Assembly (NCBI GenBank): GCA_052246995.1
Contig: JBQPWD010000005.1
Location: 1 to 64,000, forward strand
DNA from: Candidatus Bathyarchaeota archaeon
Lineage (GTDB): Archaea; Thermoproteota; Bathyarchaeia; Hecatellales; Hecatellaceae
Direction: 5' to 3'
Length of the DNA stretch: 64,000 bases
Shown here: positions 49,229 to 58,101 of the stretch, in pieces
How positions within the stretch are numbered: position 1 is the first letter of the stretch
Layout: each line of letters starts with the position of its first letter
The notes under the pieces: generated by a model
Databases searched by the model: none
What the model was told of the DNA's origin: nothing
The model's input: only the letters and a program-made list of their open reading frames with translations
Translations under genes and position numbers: made by a program

Positions 49229-49231
49229 GAA

Positions 49232-50035
49232 TTAACCCTCCAAGGCTTTTTTACCTTTTTCCCCAGCTTTTTCCATGGTTTTCAAGCCAACATAACGTTT
49301 AAAATCCACGTTACCAACAACTTTAGGCAAAAAAAGGTAGCAACTGTAGGCTGAAGTACATCGAGCGTTAATTTTGAAATAGATTGGGTAGGATTGTAGC
49401 CCATGATGCATAGCTAAAATATTCATAAAGTTTTCCTGAATTTTCTGGCAATATTCACCTAAATGCTGAATGCTTTTAAACTTACCATGTTTAACAGGAA
49501 AACTTTGTAAATAGTGTTTTTCCAGGTTTGTGTTGCTTAAACGTCTAAAGTTTAAGATAAAACCATCAGTCAGGAAACATATAAGAAAGCTTTTAGGACT
49601 GTAAACCTGGAAAAACTTTTTCACTTGGGCAGTTGGAGAACCGAAAGCGTCAAAGTCAACATGGGTTATGGGTTCGTCAAGGCTGAGGTTTTTCTCCAAA
49701 AACTCCATGTTATCCATGTTGTAAAACTCTGTAGGACATTTATTTTTAAACTCAGCCAGGTTTTCCTTTAAAACTTGGAAAAAACGTTTATCCTTTTCAA
49801 CACAGATAAGCTTTTCACAACCATGCTTCGCATACAAATACGCCAAAAAACCTTTACCTGAAAAAAGGTCTAAAACAGTTTTTCTTGGAAACATCAGGTA
49901 AACCTGCATACGTAAATTTATCTTATCCTGGTCAGCTTGTTCAAGCTTATAGCCGTCTTTACCAACATAGCTTGGACCTTGAAAAAGCTTTCTAGGCAAT
50001 TTCCAACGTGAACTGTATAAGCCTTTTCCAGTCAA
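49232..50035 (-). CDS. Class I SAM-dependent methyltransferase-like protein
   Basis: VLDLFSGKG (motif I), CVEKD, DN..FL, VDFDAFGSP, FLTDG. Confidence 0.75.
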   Translation of the reverse strand: MTGKGLYSSRWKLPRKLFQGPSYVGKDGYKLEQADQDKINLRMQVYLMFPRKTVLDLFSGKGFLAYLYAKHGCEKLICVEKDKRFFQVLKENLAEFKNKCPTEFYNMDNMEFLEKNLSLDEPITHVDFDAFGSPTAQVKKFFQVYSPKSFLICFLTDGFILNFRRLSNTNLEKHYLQSFPVKHGKFKSIQHLGEYCQKIQENFMNILAMHHGLQSYPIYFKINARCTSAYSCYLFLPKVVGNVDFKRYVGLKTMEKAGEKGKKALEG

Positions 50036-50037
50036 AA

Positions 50038-50247
50038 CTAATCAACCAAACATGGATGAATATACCTTGGAAAAGCAAACAAAACATCTCCACATTCAAC
50101 ATTCAAAACATGATAGTCTTTTAAGGCTACAAGCTCTCCCCTTTCACGATCATAGAAGGCTTCACGAAAAACCCTTCTCCTCTCCAGCCTAACCAGTCTA
50201 CACATCTCCCTCATTTTTTCAGCTTTTTTAGAACGTTTATGAGGCAT
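50038..50247 (-). CDS. Small basic hypothetical protein, first gene of the cluster
   Basis: MPHKRSKKAEKMREMCRL...; GTGG SD-like before ATG 50247. Confidence 0.5.
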   Translation of the reverse strand: MPHKRSKKAEKMREMCRLVRLERRRVFREAFYDRERGELVALKDYHVLNVECGDVLFAFPRYIHPCLVD

Positions 50248-50427
50248 AAAAACCACTAACCAAGCCACACAACCCAGCATTAAAAACAAGAAAAAGCTGG
50301 GAGGCAGCTGACACCTAAAAAACAAAACAAAAAGGAAATATTTAAACACCATTACGTTTAAAAAACATTAAAAAACATCTAAAAACATTAAAAATTAAAA
50401 GTTGTTAATAAAAATTAAAAGTTAATT

Positions 50428-50512
50428 GCGGGGGTCGCCAAGCCTGGTTAAAGGCGCGAGGTTCAGGACCTCGTCCCGTAGGGGTTCGTGGGTTCAAATC
50501 CCACCCCCCGCA
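50428..50512 (+). tRNA. tRNA-Leu(CAG), intronless
   Basis: Acceptor GCGGGGG/CCCCCGC-A, anticodon arm CGAGG-TTCAGGA-CCTCG, long variable arm, T arm GTGGG-TTCAAAT-CCCAC. Confidence 0.97.
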
Positions 50513-50610
50513 CTGGATACATCAATCCCACTTCCCCGCCGAGTCTTTTTGCGCACATGGTTCAATAAATGACGAGCATCAATCAAGAGGTCTTCTTTTA
50601 GGACTTGAAG

Positions 50611-50936
50611 AAAGCCCCGCGAGGAAAATATGTAACATCAGCCTTAACGCTATACCAAACAATGGTAATAATGGCGGGCTTAACAGGGAAAACCTAAAAA
50701 ACCAAAAACTAATTGAAGAGTTGGTAAACTCGATAAAAAGCCTACTCGGCTTGAGGATAACACCTCTAACACTGGAAGATATAACCCAAGCAGCCAAACT
50801 GATGAAAAAATACAACCTAGACTACGAAGACGCGATACGCTTGGCTTCTGTATTAAGTAGTAAGGCGAAAGAAATAATATCCAATGACGAGTTCTTTGAT
50901 AGAACTACATTAAAGGATTTAGCTAAAAAGCAGTAA
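50611..50936 (+). pseudogene. Truncated, frameshifted VapC/PIN toxin
   Basis: KAPRGKYVTSALTLYQ...GK, frameshift, then NLKNQKLIEEL...LDYEDAI..S..IISND.FFD; N-terminal catalytic Asp missing. Confidence 0.7.
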
Positions 50937-50985
50937 AAACTCTAAACCTACCTTATTAGGCTGAAAGGTTTGTTTTCAGCTTTTG

Positions 50986-53900
50986 TCAGGTTATCTTTCG
51001 TCTTTTCAAGTATAAAGCAGAAAGCAGGACTGTTAGAAACAGTGTTATGGCTATGATGACGAAGACGGTATAGTTCTGTACACCTTCTTCAGACGGTTTT
51101 AACGTTGGACCTTCCCCCGTACTGAAGCAAATTTCCACGTAATGTTTTGAGTGGTCATATGTAAAGGTTATATTTACATATCCAACACCTTCACTTACGT
51201 TAAAATGTATGGGTTTACCGTCAAACAACACACTTGTTTGCCCGCTTACAATACTTTTTGGAACTGTAAGGTTGACAAAACCCTTTGTTCCAGTTTTTCC
51301 TTGAACATAGAAGGACAAGGTTTGATTCTTCAAGTCATATTTGAGGTTCAATATCACCGAGTTGGAGGTTAGCAAGATAGTTCGTTCTTGAATGGTGTGG
51401 TTAATGGTCATCAAAGGAAGGTTGCTGGTTGGCTCCATAAGGGGGTAACGATCAACCGCATCCCCACCAACCTTGTAGGGTTTATCACCTATACCGTCGG
51501 CACCTGGCTGGTTTTGCTCCACCCCACTTTTCTCATCCACTCCCACATAATCACTCCAGTAGTTTCCTCCAGAGGGGTAGCCGTTGTCCCAAACACATCT
51601 AGGCGGGTCGCCGCATGCTTGTTTATTCCCTACAAAGTTGTTATGAAAAATGTATACAATCACATCAGGAAGGTAATCAGTCTCCACAAAAACACTAAAG
51701 TTGTTCATTACAAAGTTGTTTTCTACAACCACGTGATTTTTGTTCCAGCCAGCTGTCATGTAAACACCCACGTCGTTTTCAATAAAGTTGTTTCCGCGGA
51801 TTTCAACACCATTTGACAACCCCTCTACAAAGACACCGTTACAGCAACGTGTAATGTTGTTTTGTTGAACTACAGAATGAATCTGCTCTGCGAAAAACTC
51901 CTCACCTGTTAAATAGATTCCAATTGATGCGTTGACGATGTTGTTGCCTGTGATGTTGCCGTAGCAGTAGCTTACACCGTAGACGCAGTTTAATATACTG
52001 TTTCCAATGATGTTACCACCTCCAATTATGCCTCGGGTGCAGCTTAAAACCTCATTTTCAGAAACACTACAACCTTCCAACAGTATACCGAATTCTGAAC
52101 AGTCAGCCACACGGTTACGTGAAATCTGGACGGAGAAACCCCGCATGTCTATTCCTGAACTACAGTTTAGAATTGTGTTTCCAAGGATAACTTTCTCTCC
52201 AGTTTGTCCAGTGCTAATTATACCATGCGCGCACTGAACAATGTTATTATGGGAAATCGTCTCCATTACTCCTTCCGCCCTCACCCCCTCTCCGTTGCCT
52301 ACTAAAAGGTTTCGCGTTATGTTGTTTGGTCCCCAGCAGCCGTCGTCAAATATTCCCACCTCACACGCAAGAATGATGTTTTCAGAGATGACGTTTTGCT
52401 CTGTAGACACACAATAATGACCGTTACGGAGGTAAACTCCAATTCCTAAGCCAGTGTTTGTTATGTTGTTTCTCAACATCACACATGACCTCGCCCCTAC
52501 GGCGGCTACACCTACTTGACAGCCGACAATAGTATTGTTAAAGATGGTTACGTTAACTACATCATTCAGAAAAATGCCATGTTTATCGTAAGAGTTTAAG
52601 GTAAGCGTCCAGATTCCGGCAATATGGTAGAGTGTTAAGCCGTCTAAGCCACCCTCCACCCTCATTGACGTAACCGTAACATTCTTTCTACAAGTCCCAC
52701 CAGTTTGCACAACAGCAACTCCTCCGTTAACCCTGTGACCATGTCCATCAAGGACAATGTTGTCCCTTTCAACCAAGATGGTGGTTTCAGCGTCACCTGT
52801 GAGGCTGTAAACCCTAAAGTCTCTGGAAACAATTAACAGCGTAGGTGGGGAAACGCATCCATCCGACCTTATGGTTATAACGTTTTCCACGGGATACGGG
52901 TCGTGATAGTCAAGGAGGATGCCACCTATCCACATCCCTCCATCTGGAAGGTTGACAACGCTGAACCCAAGGTTGTCAAAAACTGAACTTCCAAAGGGAC
53001 ATTCCCCCCAGAAGTTCACTATTGCCCCGCTCAACCCAGCCGACGCAATCTCAGCGTAAGAGTTGAAGTAGACAATGAAGCTTTCACCCACTGAAACATC
53101 CTTAAAGACCAAAATTTTGCTTTCAGCCACTGTTTCGTCAAAGCCTAAAGTTAGGATTATATCCACTAGGTCTAGGATGAACTTCACATAACCCAAAGCT
53201 TCAAGAGCTTTTTTAGCAATTGGCGACTCGACAACTTCCTGGACAACTTCCATCAAAATGTCGGCGCTTCCGCTGGCAGCCTCGTCGGCGACAAGCGGCG
53301 GGCCGCCTTTCTCAACCATGTAAACTGTTTCCTGGATGTGAGAGGCAATCGCTTCATTGAGGGTCTGGCCAGCACCAACTCCAACATTGATCTTACACCT
53401 GTAGTTTCCCTGGCCAGCGAAAAGTTCTGGCGCGATGTTTACGCCTCCCGCATACCCAACCTCAACATAAACGTCAGGCTTATATGCCAAACTTGGTGGG
53501 TGAATCCTTTTTCCAAAACACCATGTAAGACTGGAGCTCATCGGCTGGTCTCCAACTGGAGTGCCAAAAGATACAAGGCACATGCTCCCTTTACAATCAT
53601 CCGAAACGGTGTACGTGTACCAACCCTTACTCCCAACTTCCATCGGCCCAACAATGTCCATAAAGGGATTCCACTCCCTCATGTAGGATCTGGATGTGTC
53701 CAAACGTGGCTTGCTGTGGATGGCGTGTAGAGTTATGTTCACGTATGAAACAAAACTGTCCTTTGGAAGGGCATAGTAGACACCGTGAACTCCACCGACG
53801 CTTTTTTCACCATCTTCCTTATAACCTATCTTTGCAAGTCCAACTATCGGCTCCACAACATATTGTCCCTCGGAAGTCGCAACCAAAACAGGGCTGCTTA

Positions 53901-54183
53901 CAAGCGTAAACCCTATCCAGTCGTCGTTGAAAACCAGCCAATTCTCTTTTGCATAACTGTCATCCGTGCTTATGTAAAGCCAAATCTCCAAGCCTGAAAC
54001 ATGCTTGCCGACGTTAAAGCGGTATGCAGATTCATCGTCACCCTCATAGTAAACCAGCCAACCATCAACAACTTCAGCCGCCTCAGCCACATTAACCTTC
54101 AAACAAACCGCCAAGTTGCAAAACAACGGTTGAATTAAAAGGAGAAGTATTATAAAAAGGGAGAATACTGCTTTTTTGTTCAA
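50986..54183 (-). CDS. Large secreted, membrane-anchored protein with NosD/right-handed beta-helix repeats
   Basis: Signal peptide, many N.I.N...GI repeats, WDNGYPSGGNYWSDY...DGIGDKPY...DRYPLM, C-terminal TM plus KRRK. Confidence 0.85.
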   Translation of the reverse strand: MNKKAVFSLFIILLLLIQPLFCNLAVCLKVNVAEAAEVVDGWLVYYEGDDESAYRFNVGKHVSGLEIWLYISTDDSYAKENWLVFNDDWIGFTLVSSPVLVATSEGQYVVEPIVGLAKIGYKEDGEKSVGGVHGVYYALPKDSFVSYVNITLHAIHSKPRLDTSRSYMREWNPFMDIVGPMEVGSKGWYTYTVSDDCKGSMCLVSFGTPVGDQPMSSSLTWCFGKRIHPPSLAYKPDVYVEVGYAGGVNIAPELFAGQGNYRCKINVGVGAGQTLNEAIASHIQETVYMVEKGGPPLVADEAASGSADILMEVVQEVVESPIAKKALEALGYVKFILDLVDIILTLGFDETVAESKILVFKDVSVGESFIVYFNSYAEIASAGLSGAIVNFWGECPFGSSVFDNLGFSVVNLPDGGMWIGGILLDYHDPYPVENVITIRSDGCVSPPTLLIVSRDFRVYSLTGDAETTILVERDNIVLDGHGHRVNGGVAVVQTGGTCRKNVTVTSMRVEGGLDGLTLYHIAGIWTLTLNSYDKHGIFLNDVVNVTIFNNTIVGCQVGVAAVGARSCVMLRNNITNTGLGIGVYLRNGHYCVSTEQNVISENIILACEVGIFDDGCWGPNNITRNLLVGNGEGVRAEGVMETISHNNIVQCAHGIISTGQTGEKVILGNTILNCSSGIDMRGFSVQISRNRVADCSEFGILLEGCSVSENEVLSCTRGIIGGGNIIGNSILNCVYGVSYCYGNITGNNIVNASIGIYLTGEEFFAEQIHSVVQQNNITRCCNGVFVEGLSNGVEIRGNNFIENDVGVYMTAGWNKNHVVVENNFVMNNFSVFVETDYLPDVIVYIFHNNFVGNKQACGDPPRCVWDNGYPSGGNYWSDYVGVDEKSGVEQNQPGADGIGDKPYKVGGDAVDRYPLMEPTSNLPLMTINHTIQERTILLTSNSVILNLKYDLKNQTLSFYVQGKTGTKGFVNLTVPKSIVSGQTSVLFDGKPIHFNVSEGVGYVNITFTYDHSKHYVEICFSTGEGPTLKPSEEGVQNYTVFVIIAITLFLTVLLSALYLKRRKIT

Positions 54184-54608
54184 CTACTATCCCCCCTAAC
54201 GTTTAATTCTACACTTATAGTGAAGGAAGGTTTCCACGTATATACCGTATAAAGTAAACCGTCAAAAACGTCAAAACTTTCAACAAAAACGTTTTCCACA
54301 TGGCGCATGTATGGGCTACGGCGTCTTCCGTCTCCCATCCGGCAGCCCTCTACGATTATGTTCCTTAACTCATATAGTAGGAGGAGGTCAACAAATATTT
54401 ATCGTAACCGTAATACGTGGCGATAAATTGAGGATATTGTCCGTAAGAGGGGATGTTTGAAAGGTGGAAACTTCTTTACGTTTAGGTGATGGATGTGTCA
54501 AAGAGGAGGGTACTCGGTAGCCTCCTCAACCTGGCTAAAAACAAAAAAGAAGAAGCAAGGTTGAGCACCTCCAAAATAACCTAAAAATACCAGTCTAGCC
54601 AATACATT

Positions 54609-55388
54609 TCACTTAAACCTTATCATAAACCTTACAGTTGCAACCATTAAAACTAACCCAAGTATGGGTTTTAAATACTGTTCATGTGTAAATAACGCTA
54701 AAAAGGTTCCTATAAAGGCTCCTAATACAGAACCAACAGCCATGGATAAGGTAACCCATGTAAAATTAACTTTAAAATAACCCATACGGAAATGTTTTAA
54801 AAAGCCTACACCAACAGTTGCCATGGATGCAAAAAGGCTGGCAGTTCCAGCATGCTTTACTCCAAGACCAAAAAACATTATAAGAATAGGGATACGTATC
54901 TCTCCACCTGCAACACCAAACATTGTGGATAGTACACCAACCAAGAAGCCAAAAACGATTAAGTAGAAGGGAACCATGTTTTTTTGAAACAAAAGATTTT
55001 CATGGATTTCCCCTATTAAAGGCTCAAAGGTAAACCTTAACCCTACTATTAACAGGTATGCAACCACCATCAACCTAAGCATCCTATCTGAAAACTTTCC
55101 TGCCATCAAAGCCCCTAAATAAGCTCCAAAAATTGAGCCTATAGAAAGATAAACACCATGTAAAACGGCATCACCTCCAGCCAAACCTACCGATAAACGT
55201 AGAAAAAAGGAAACAACAACCGTAAAAAAGCCTATTAGAAGGTTTGATGCTGCAACACTAGCCATAGAACCCTTCAAAAGGTAGGTTAAAGCCGGTATTC
55301 TAAACTCTCCTCCCCCAACCCCTACCATACCTGCAACTATCCCTACCACTACTCCCAAAATGAAGCTTAACACAACCACTTTTTTCAT
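54609..55388 (-). CDS. TSUP (TauE/SafE) family membrane transporter
   Basis: Duplicated G.GGGE.RIP motifs, about 8 TM helices. Confidence 0.9.
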   Translation of the reverse strand: MKKVVVLSFILGVVVGIVAGMVGVGGGEFRIPALTYLLKGSMASVAASNLLIGFFTVVVSFFLRLSVGLAGGDAVLHGVYLSIGSIFGAYLGALMAGKFSDRMLRLMVVAYLLIVGLRFTFEPLIGEIHENLLFQKNMVPFYLIVFGFLVGVLSTMFGVAGGEIRIPILIMFFGLGVKHAGTASLFASMATVGVGFLKHFRMGYFKVNFTWVTLSMAVGSVLGAFIGTFLALFTHEQYLKPILGLVLMVATVRFMIRFK

Positions 55389-55487
55389 GGATTACATGCT
55401 ATATGTTACCAAGAAATTTAAAAGATGTGGTTTTTACAGATAAAATTGCTTATATACAAAAAAGTTATAAATTCTTATTAAGAATTT

Positions 55488-55871
55488 TTGGAGTTGGCTA
55501 AAATGTCTACAGACGTTAATCCTGCTGTTGAGGTTTTTCGCGAGATTTTTAGAAAGATTGTTTATTCTTCACTTGGTGAATCTGCTGGAGAGGTTTTAAT
55601 GTTTTTTCTACAGAAGGATTTAGGACGTGACCCGTTTAACATATTCTGGGAAAACCCGGAAGCTTTCTACTACACTATAAAAAAGGTTTTCGGCGTTGGA
55701 GCAGAGGTTTTAATCAACCTCCTAGTGGGAGAAATTAACAAGGGATGTGGTTTAAACATAAACCAGGAACATTTTTTAGAGCTTATATGTAGCGGCAGCC
55801 AAGGTTGTGTTGAGGAGCTACATAACTTCTTAAAAAAGGTAGCTGAGTTGTATAGGAGGGAGGGTACGTAA
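55488..55871 (+). CDS. Small helical protein associated with a KaiC-like ATPase
   Basis: SLGES...PEAF...IKKVFGVGAEVL pattern; co-oriented upstream of the ATPase. Confidence 0.6.
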   Translation: MELAKMSTDVNPAVEVFREIFRKIVYSSLGESAGEVLMFFLQKDLGRDPFNIFWENPEAFYYTIKKVFGVGAEVLINLLVGEINKGCGLNINQEHFLELICSGSQGCVEELHNFLKKVAELYRREGT

Positions 55872-56005
55872 TGATTAGCAGTATTATGTTCCAACCTGGA
55901 TAAGCAGCTTAGATAGGCTTAATCTCACTAATAATCTAAATCCAGTAAAATATATGTCCATGTTATGAACATTATTTACCTGTAGTATAAGGGTGTAAAA
56001 ATATT

Positions 56006-57427
56006 TTGAACATAAACCGTATATCTACTGGAAGTGTGATGCTTGATTCCACCCTTAACGGTGGTTTTCCAGCTGGAAGCCTAATAACCGTTACCGGTCC
56101 TCCAGGCTCTGGTAAAACGGTTTTCGCGGCAAACTGGATTTACAATGGTATTGAGAAACATGGTTTAAATGGTGTATACATGAGCTTTATTGAGGGATAT
56201 AAAAGCTTTATTAAGAATATGCATGGTTTAGGCTTAGATTTTGAAAAGCTTGAAAATACTGGAAAGTTTAGGTTTATGGAGATGGCTACACTTAGGGAGG
56301 TTAGTGTTCCAACTGTTTTTGAACAGATACTACAAGAGGTTTATAACGTAAAAGCAAGCATGCTTGTCATAGACTCCTTCTCAGCAATCTCACAAGTTAT
56401 GGAAAAACCCTACGACCCACGTATACTTATCCACACAGTTCTAGGTAAGATTGTAAGGGAAGTAGACTGCACAACAATGCTAATAATTGAAAAAACGAGT
56501 GTTGAGGAAACCTACGAGTCGGCGGAGTTTTTATCCGACTTTATAATCCACCTTTCTAAGGTTGAGGTTGACGGGGTACATCTAAGAACCCTAAAAATAG
56601 TAAAGGCTCGTGGAACAGAAATACAGCAGCCACAAGTAGCCTTCACATTAAAAGGCGGGTTTAAGGCTTTTCAGCCGCTAAACGTTAAACTTCTCGAGTC
56701 CATAAAAAAGTTTAAAATTGTCCCTCACGGTAAAGACTACTATTCCTCAGGTATTCAAGACCTTGACAACATGTTAGGTGTAATGTTTAAATGTGGAAGC
56801 TACAACCTTCTAGAAGTTGAAACAGATGTGACACTACCACCCGAACATCTACTACGGGTAACCATCTCCAACGCGTTAAACCAAGGAACTTGTGTTGTTA
56901 TTCTTCCACATCAAGGCTTAAGCGCACCAACTGTTTGGAAGTCGCTAGAACCACTTGTTTACGAGGATGCTTTAAAGGATAATCTTAAAGTTGTTGATTT
57001 TAAGGTAGTTGGTGAAGCTGTTGAAATTACCGAGCCATACGTAATACTGTTTGAGGGTAGGTCGTTAAGAAAGGATATGGTAAACCTCTGGGACACCATT
57101 TCAGAACTTAGAAATAAAAGTGGAAAACCAGTTTTAACAGTTGCCGGCTTTGACACACTAGAATACGTTTACGGGTTAAATGAAATTTTAAAGGTTTTAG
57201 GTGAAGACCTAGCAAAAACAAGAAACCTTGGAGATGTTAGACTGAATATTGTTAGACCAGAATGTGCCATAGCTGCCCACTTAAGGTCTCTAGCCAACAC
57301 CCATATGGTTGTTAGGGAAAGGTATGGTGCAGTCTTCCTCCAAGGAAAGAAACCCAAAACCCCGCTACTCAACATTGAGCTTCATACAAACGAAGAATCA
57401 GAAGTTAAGTTAATACCAGTATTGTAG
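56006..57427 (+). CDS. KaiC/RAD55-like ATPase with degenerate second (GvpD-like) domain
   Basis: RISTG..LD..L.GG, GPPGSGKT, VIDS, KARG; second domain starts SSGIQDLD but lacks Walker A. Confidence 0.85.
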   Translation: MNINRISTGSVMLDSTLNGGFPAGSLITVTGPPGSGKTVFAANWIYNGIEKHGLNGVYMSFIEGYKSFIKNMHGLGLDFEKLENTGKFRFMEMATLREVSVPTVFEQILQEVYNVKASMLVIDSFSAISQVMEKPYDPRILIHTVLGKIVREVDCTTMLIIEKTSVEETYESAEFLSDFIIHLSKVEVDGVHLRTLKIVKARGTEIQQPQVAFTLKGGFKAFQPLNVKLLESIKKFKIVPHGKDYYSSGIQDLDNMLGVMFKCGSYNLLEVETDVTLPPEHLLRVTISNALNQGTCVVILPHQGLSAPTVWKSLEPLVYEDALKDNLKVVDFKVVGEAVEITEPYVILFEGRSLRKDMVNLWDTISELRNKSGKPVLTVAGFDTLEYVYGLNEILKVLGEDLAKTRNLGDVRLNIVRPECAIAAHLRSLANTHMVVRERYGAVFLQGKKPKTPLLNIELHTNEESEVKLIPVL

Positions 57428-57516
57428 CCTTATTTCATACAAGATAACTTACCCTGTTTATAGAAAAAGATTTTTCACATGGGCTACTACTTCAACATCT
57501 CAAAAATTTTAGGTTG

Positions 57517-57777
57517 CTATTGATAAATTCTTTTTCTTACGTCTATTTTAGCGACAACTATTATTTTTTCTTACTCGTAAACTTTGAGTAGCGCTCTATA
57601 TTTTCCCACGCGTAACCTGAAGGTGTTCGCCTCACCTGCAATTTTAACTATGTCAAGTTTAACAACAGGAAAATTCTCCAGCTGTTTAAGCTTTTCAACC
57701 ATGCGTTGCTTGTCTTCAAGGTTGATTCTCTTTAAAAATTCATCCGCTCTCTTTTAGAGGAGAACTCTAAACTTCAT
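57517..57777 (-). pseudogene. relE: RelE/ParE family toxin with two in-frame TAA stops
   Basis: MKFRVLL*KRADEFLKRIN...DIVKIAGEANTFRLRVGKYRALLKVYE*EKIIVVAKIDVRKRIYQ*. Confidence 0.85.
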
Positions 57778-57952
57778 TGAGGGATTTCAACTCGTCAAAA
57801 CGCTTTTCCTTAACTATTTCATCAATCTCTTTCAGTAAGACGTACTCTTCAACGGTTAGAAAAACATCTTCAAGAAAATCTCTTAACTCATCAAGCTTCC
57901 TACTGATTTCCTCAACCTTCTCCAAAACTATTTCACCCAAAAAACCACCCAA
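57767..57952 (-). CDS. Putative RelB-like antitoxin
   Basis: Short acidic ORF overlapping the relE start. Confidence 0.65.
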   Translation of the reverse strand: MGGFLGEIVLEKVEEISRKLDELRDFLEDVFLTVEEYVLLKEIDEIVKEKRFDELKSLNEV

Positions 57953-58069
57953 GTAAACGAATACAAATACACCCTAATAACACTTACTTCCCCCAACAGT
58001 TAACACACCTAAGAAGGGCTACAAAATTAACAAACCTTTTTTTGGGAAAAATTTATTAATTTAAAGCAA

Positions 58070-58099
58070 AGTATTATCTTCCTATAGAAAAGTAATACT
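58070..58099. promoter_or_regulatory. NikR-type operator
   Basis: AGTATTA-N16-TAATACT between TATA-like elements and the SD of the FmdE gene. Confidence 0.7.
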
Positions 58100-58101
58100 A
58101 G

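Larger units (their letters stand above)
30854..50352 (-). mobile_element. Head-tail (HK97-type, siphovirus-like) virion gene cluster lacking integrase and replication genes: cryptic provirus or GTA-like element
   Basis: About 30 co-oriented ORFs in canonical order terminase-portal-protease-capsid-neck-tube-chaperone-tape measure-tip; bounded by pilin and tRNA-Leu. Confidence 0.9.

Noticed and set aside
50355-50427. Phased TAAAAAACAT repeats upstream of the tRNA as replication iterons
   Set aside because: Low-complexity A-tracts in a divergent promoter region; no Rep gene nearby
54310-54530. GC-rich hairpins (GGGCTACGG/CCGGCAGCCC and GAGGAGG/CCTCCTC) as a riboswitch or SECIS
   Set aside because: No fluoride-riboswitch or SECIS consensus recognised; an Rfam search would be needed
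57517-57777. Two in-frame TAA codons in relE as stop-codon reassignment or readthrough
   Set aside because: TAA terminates many intact genes in this window; toxin pseudogenisation is simpler
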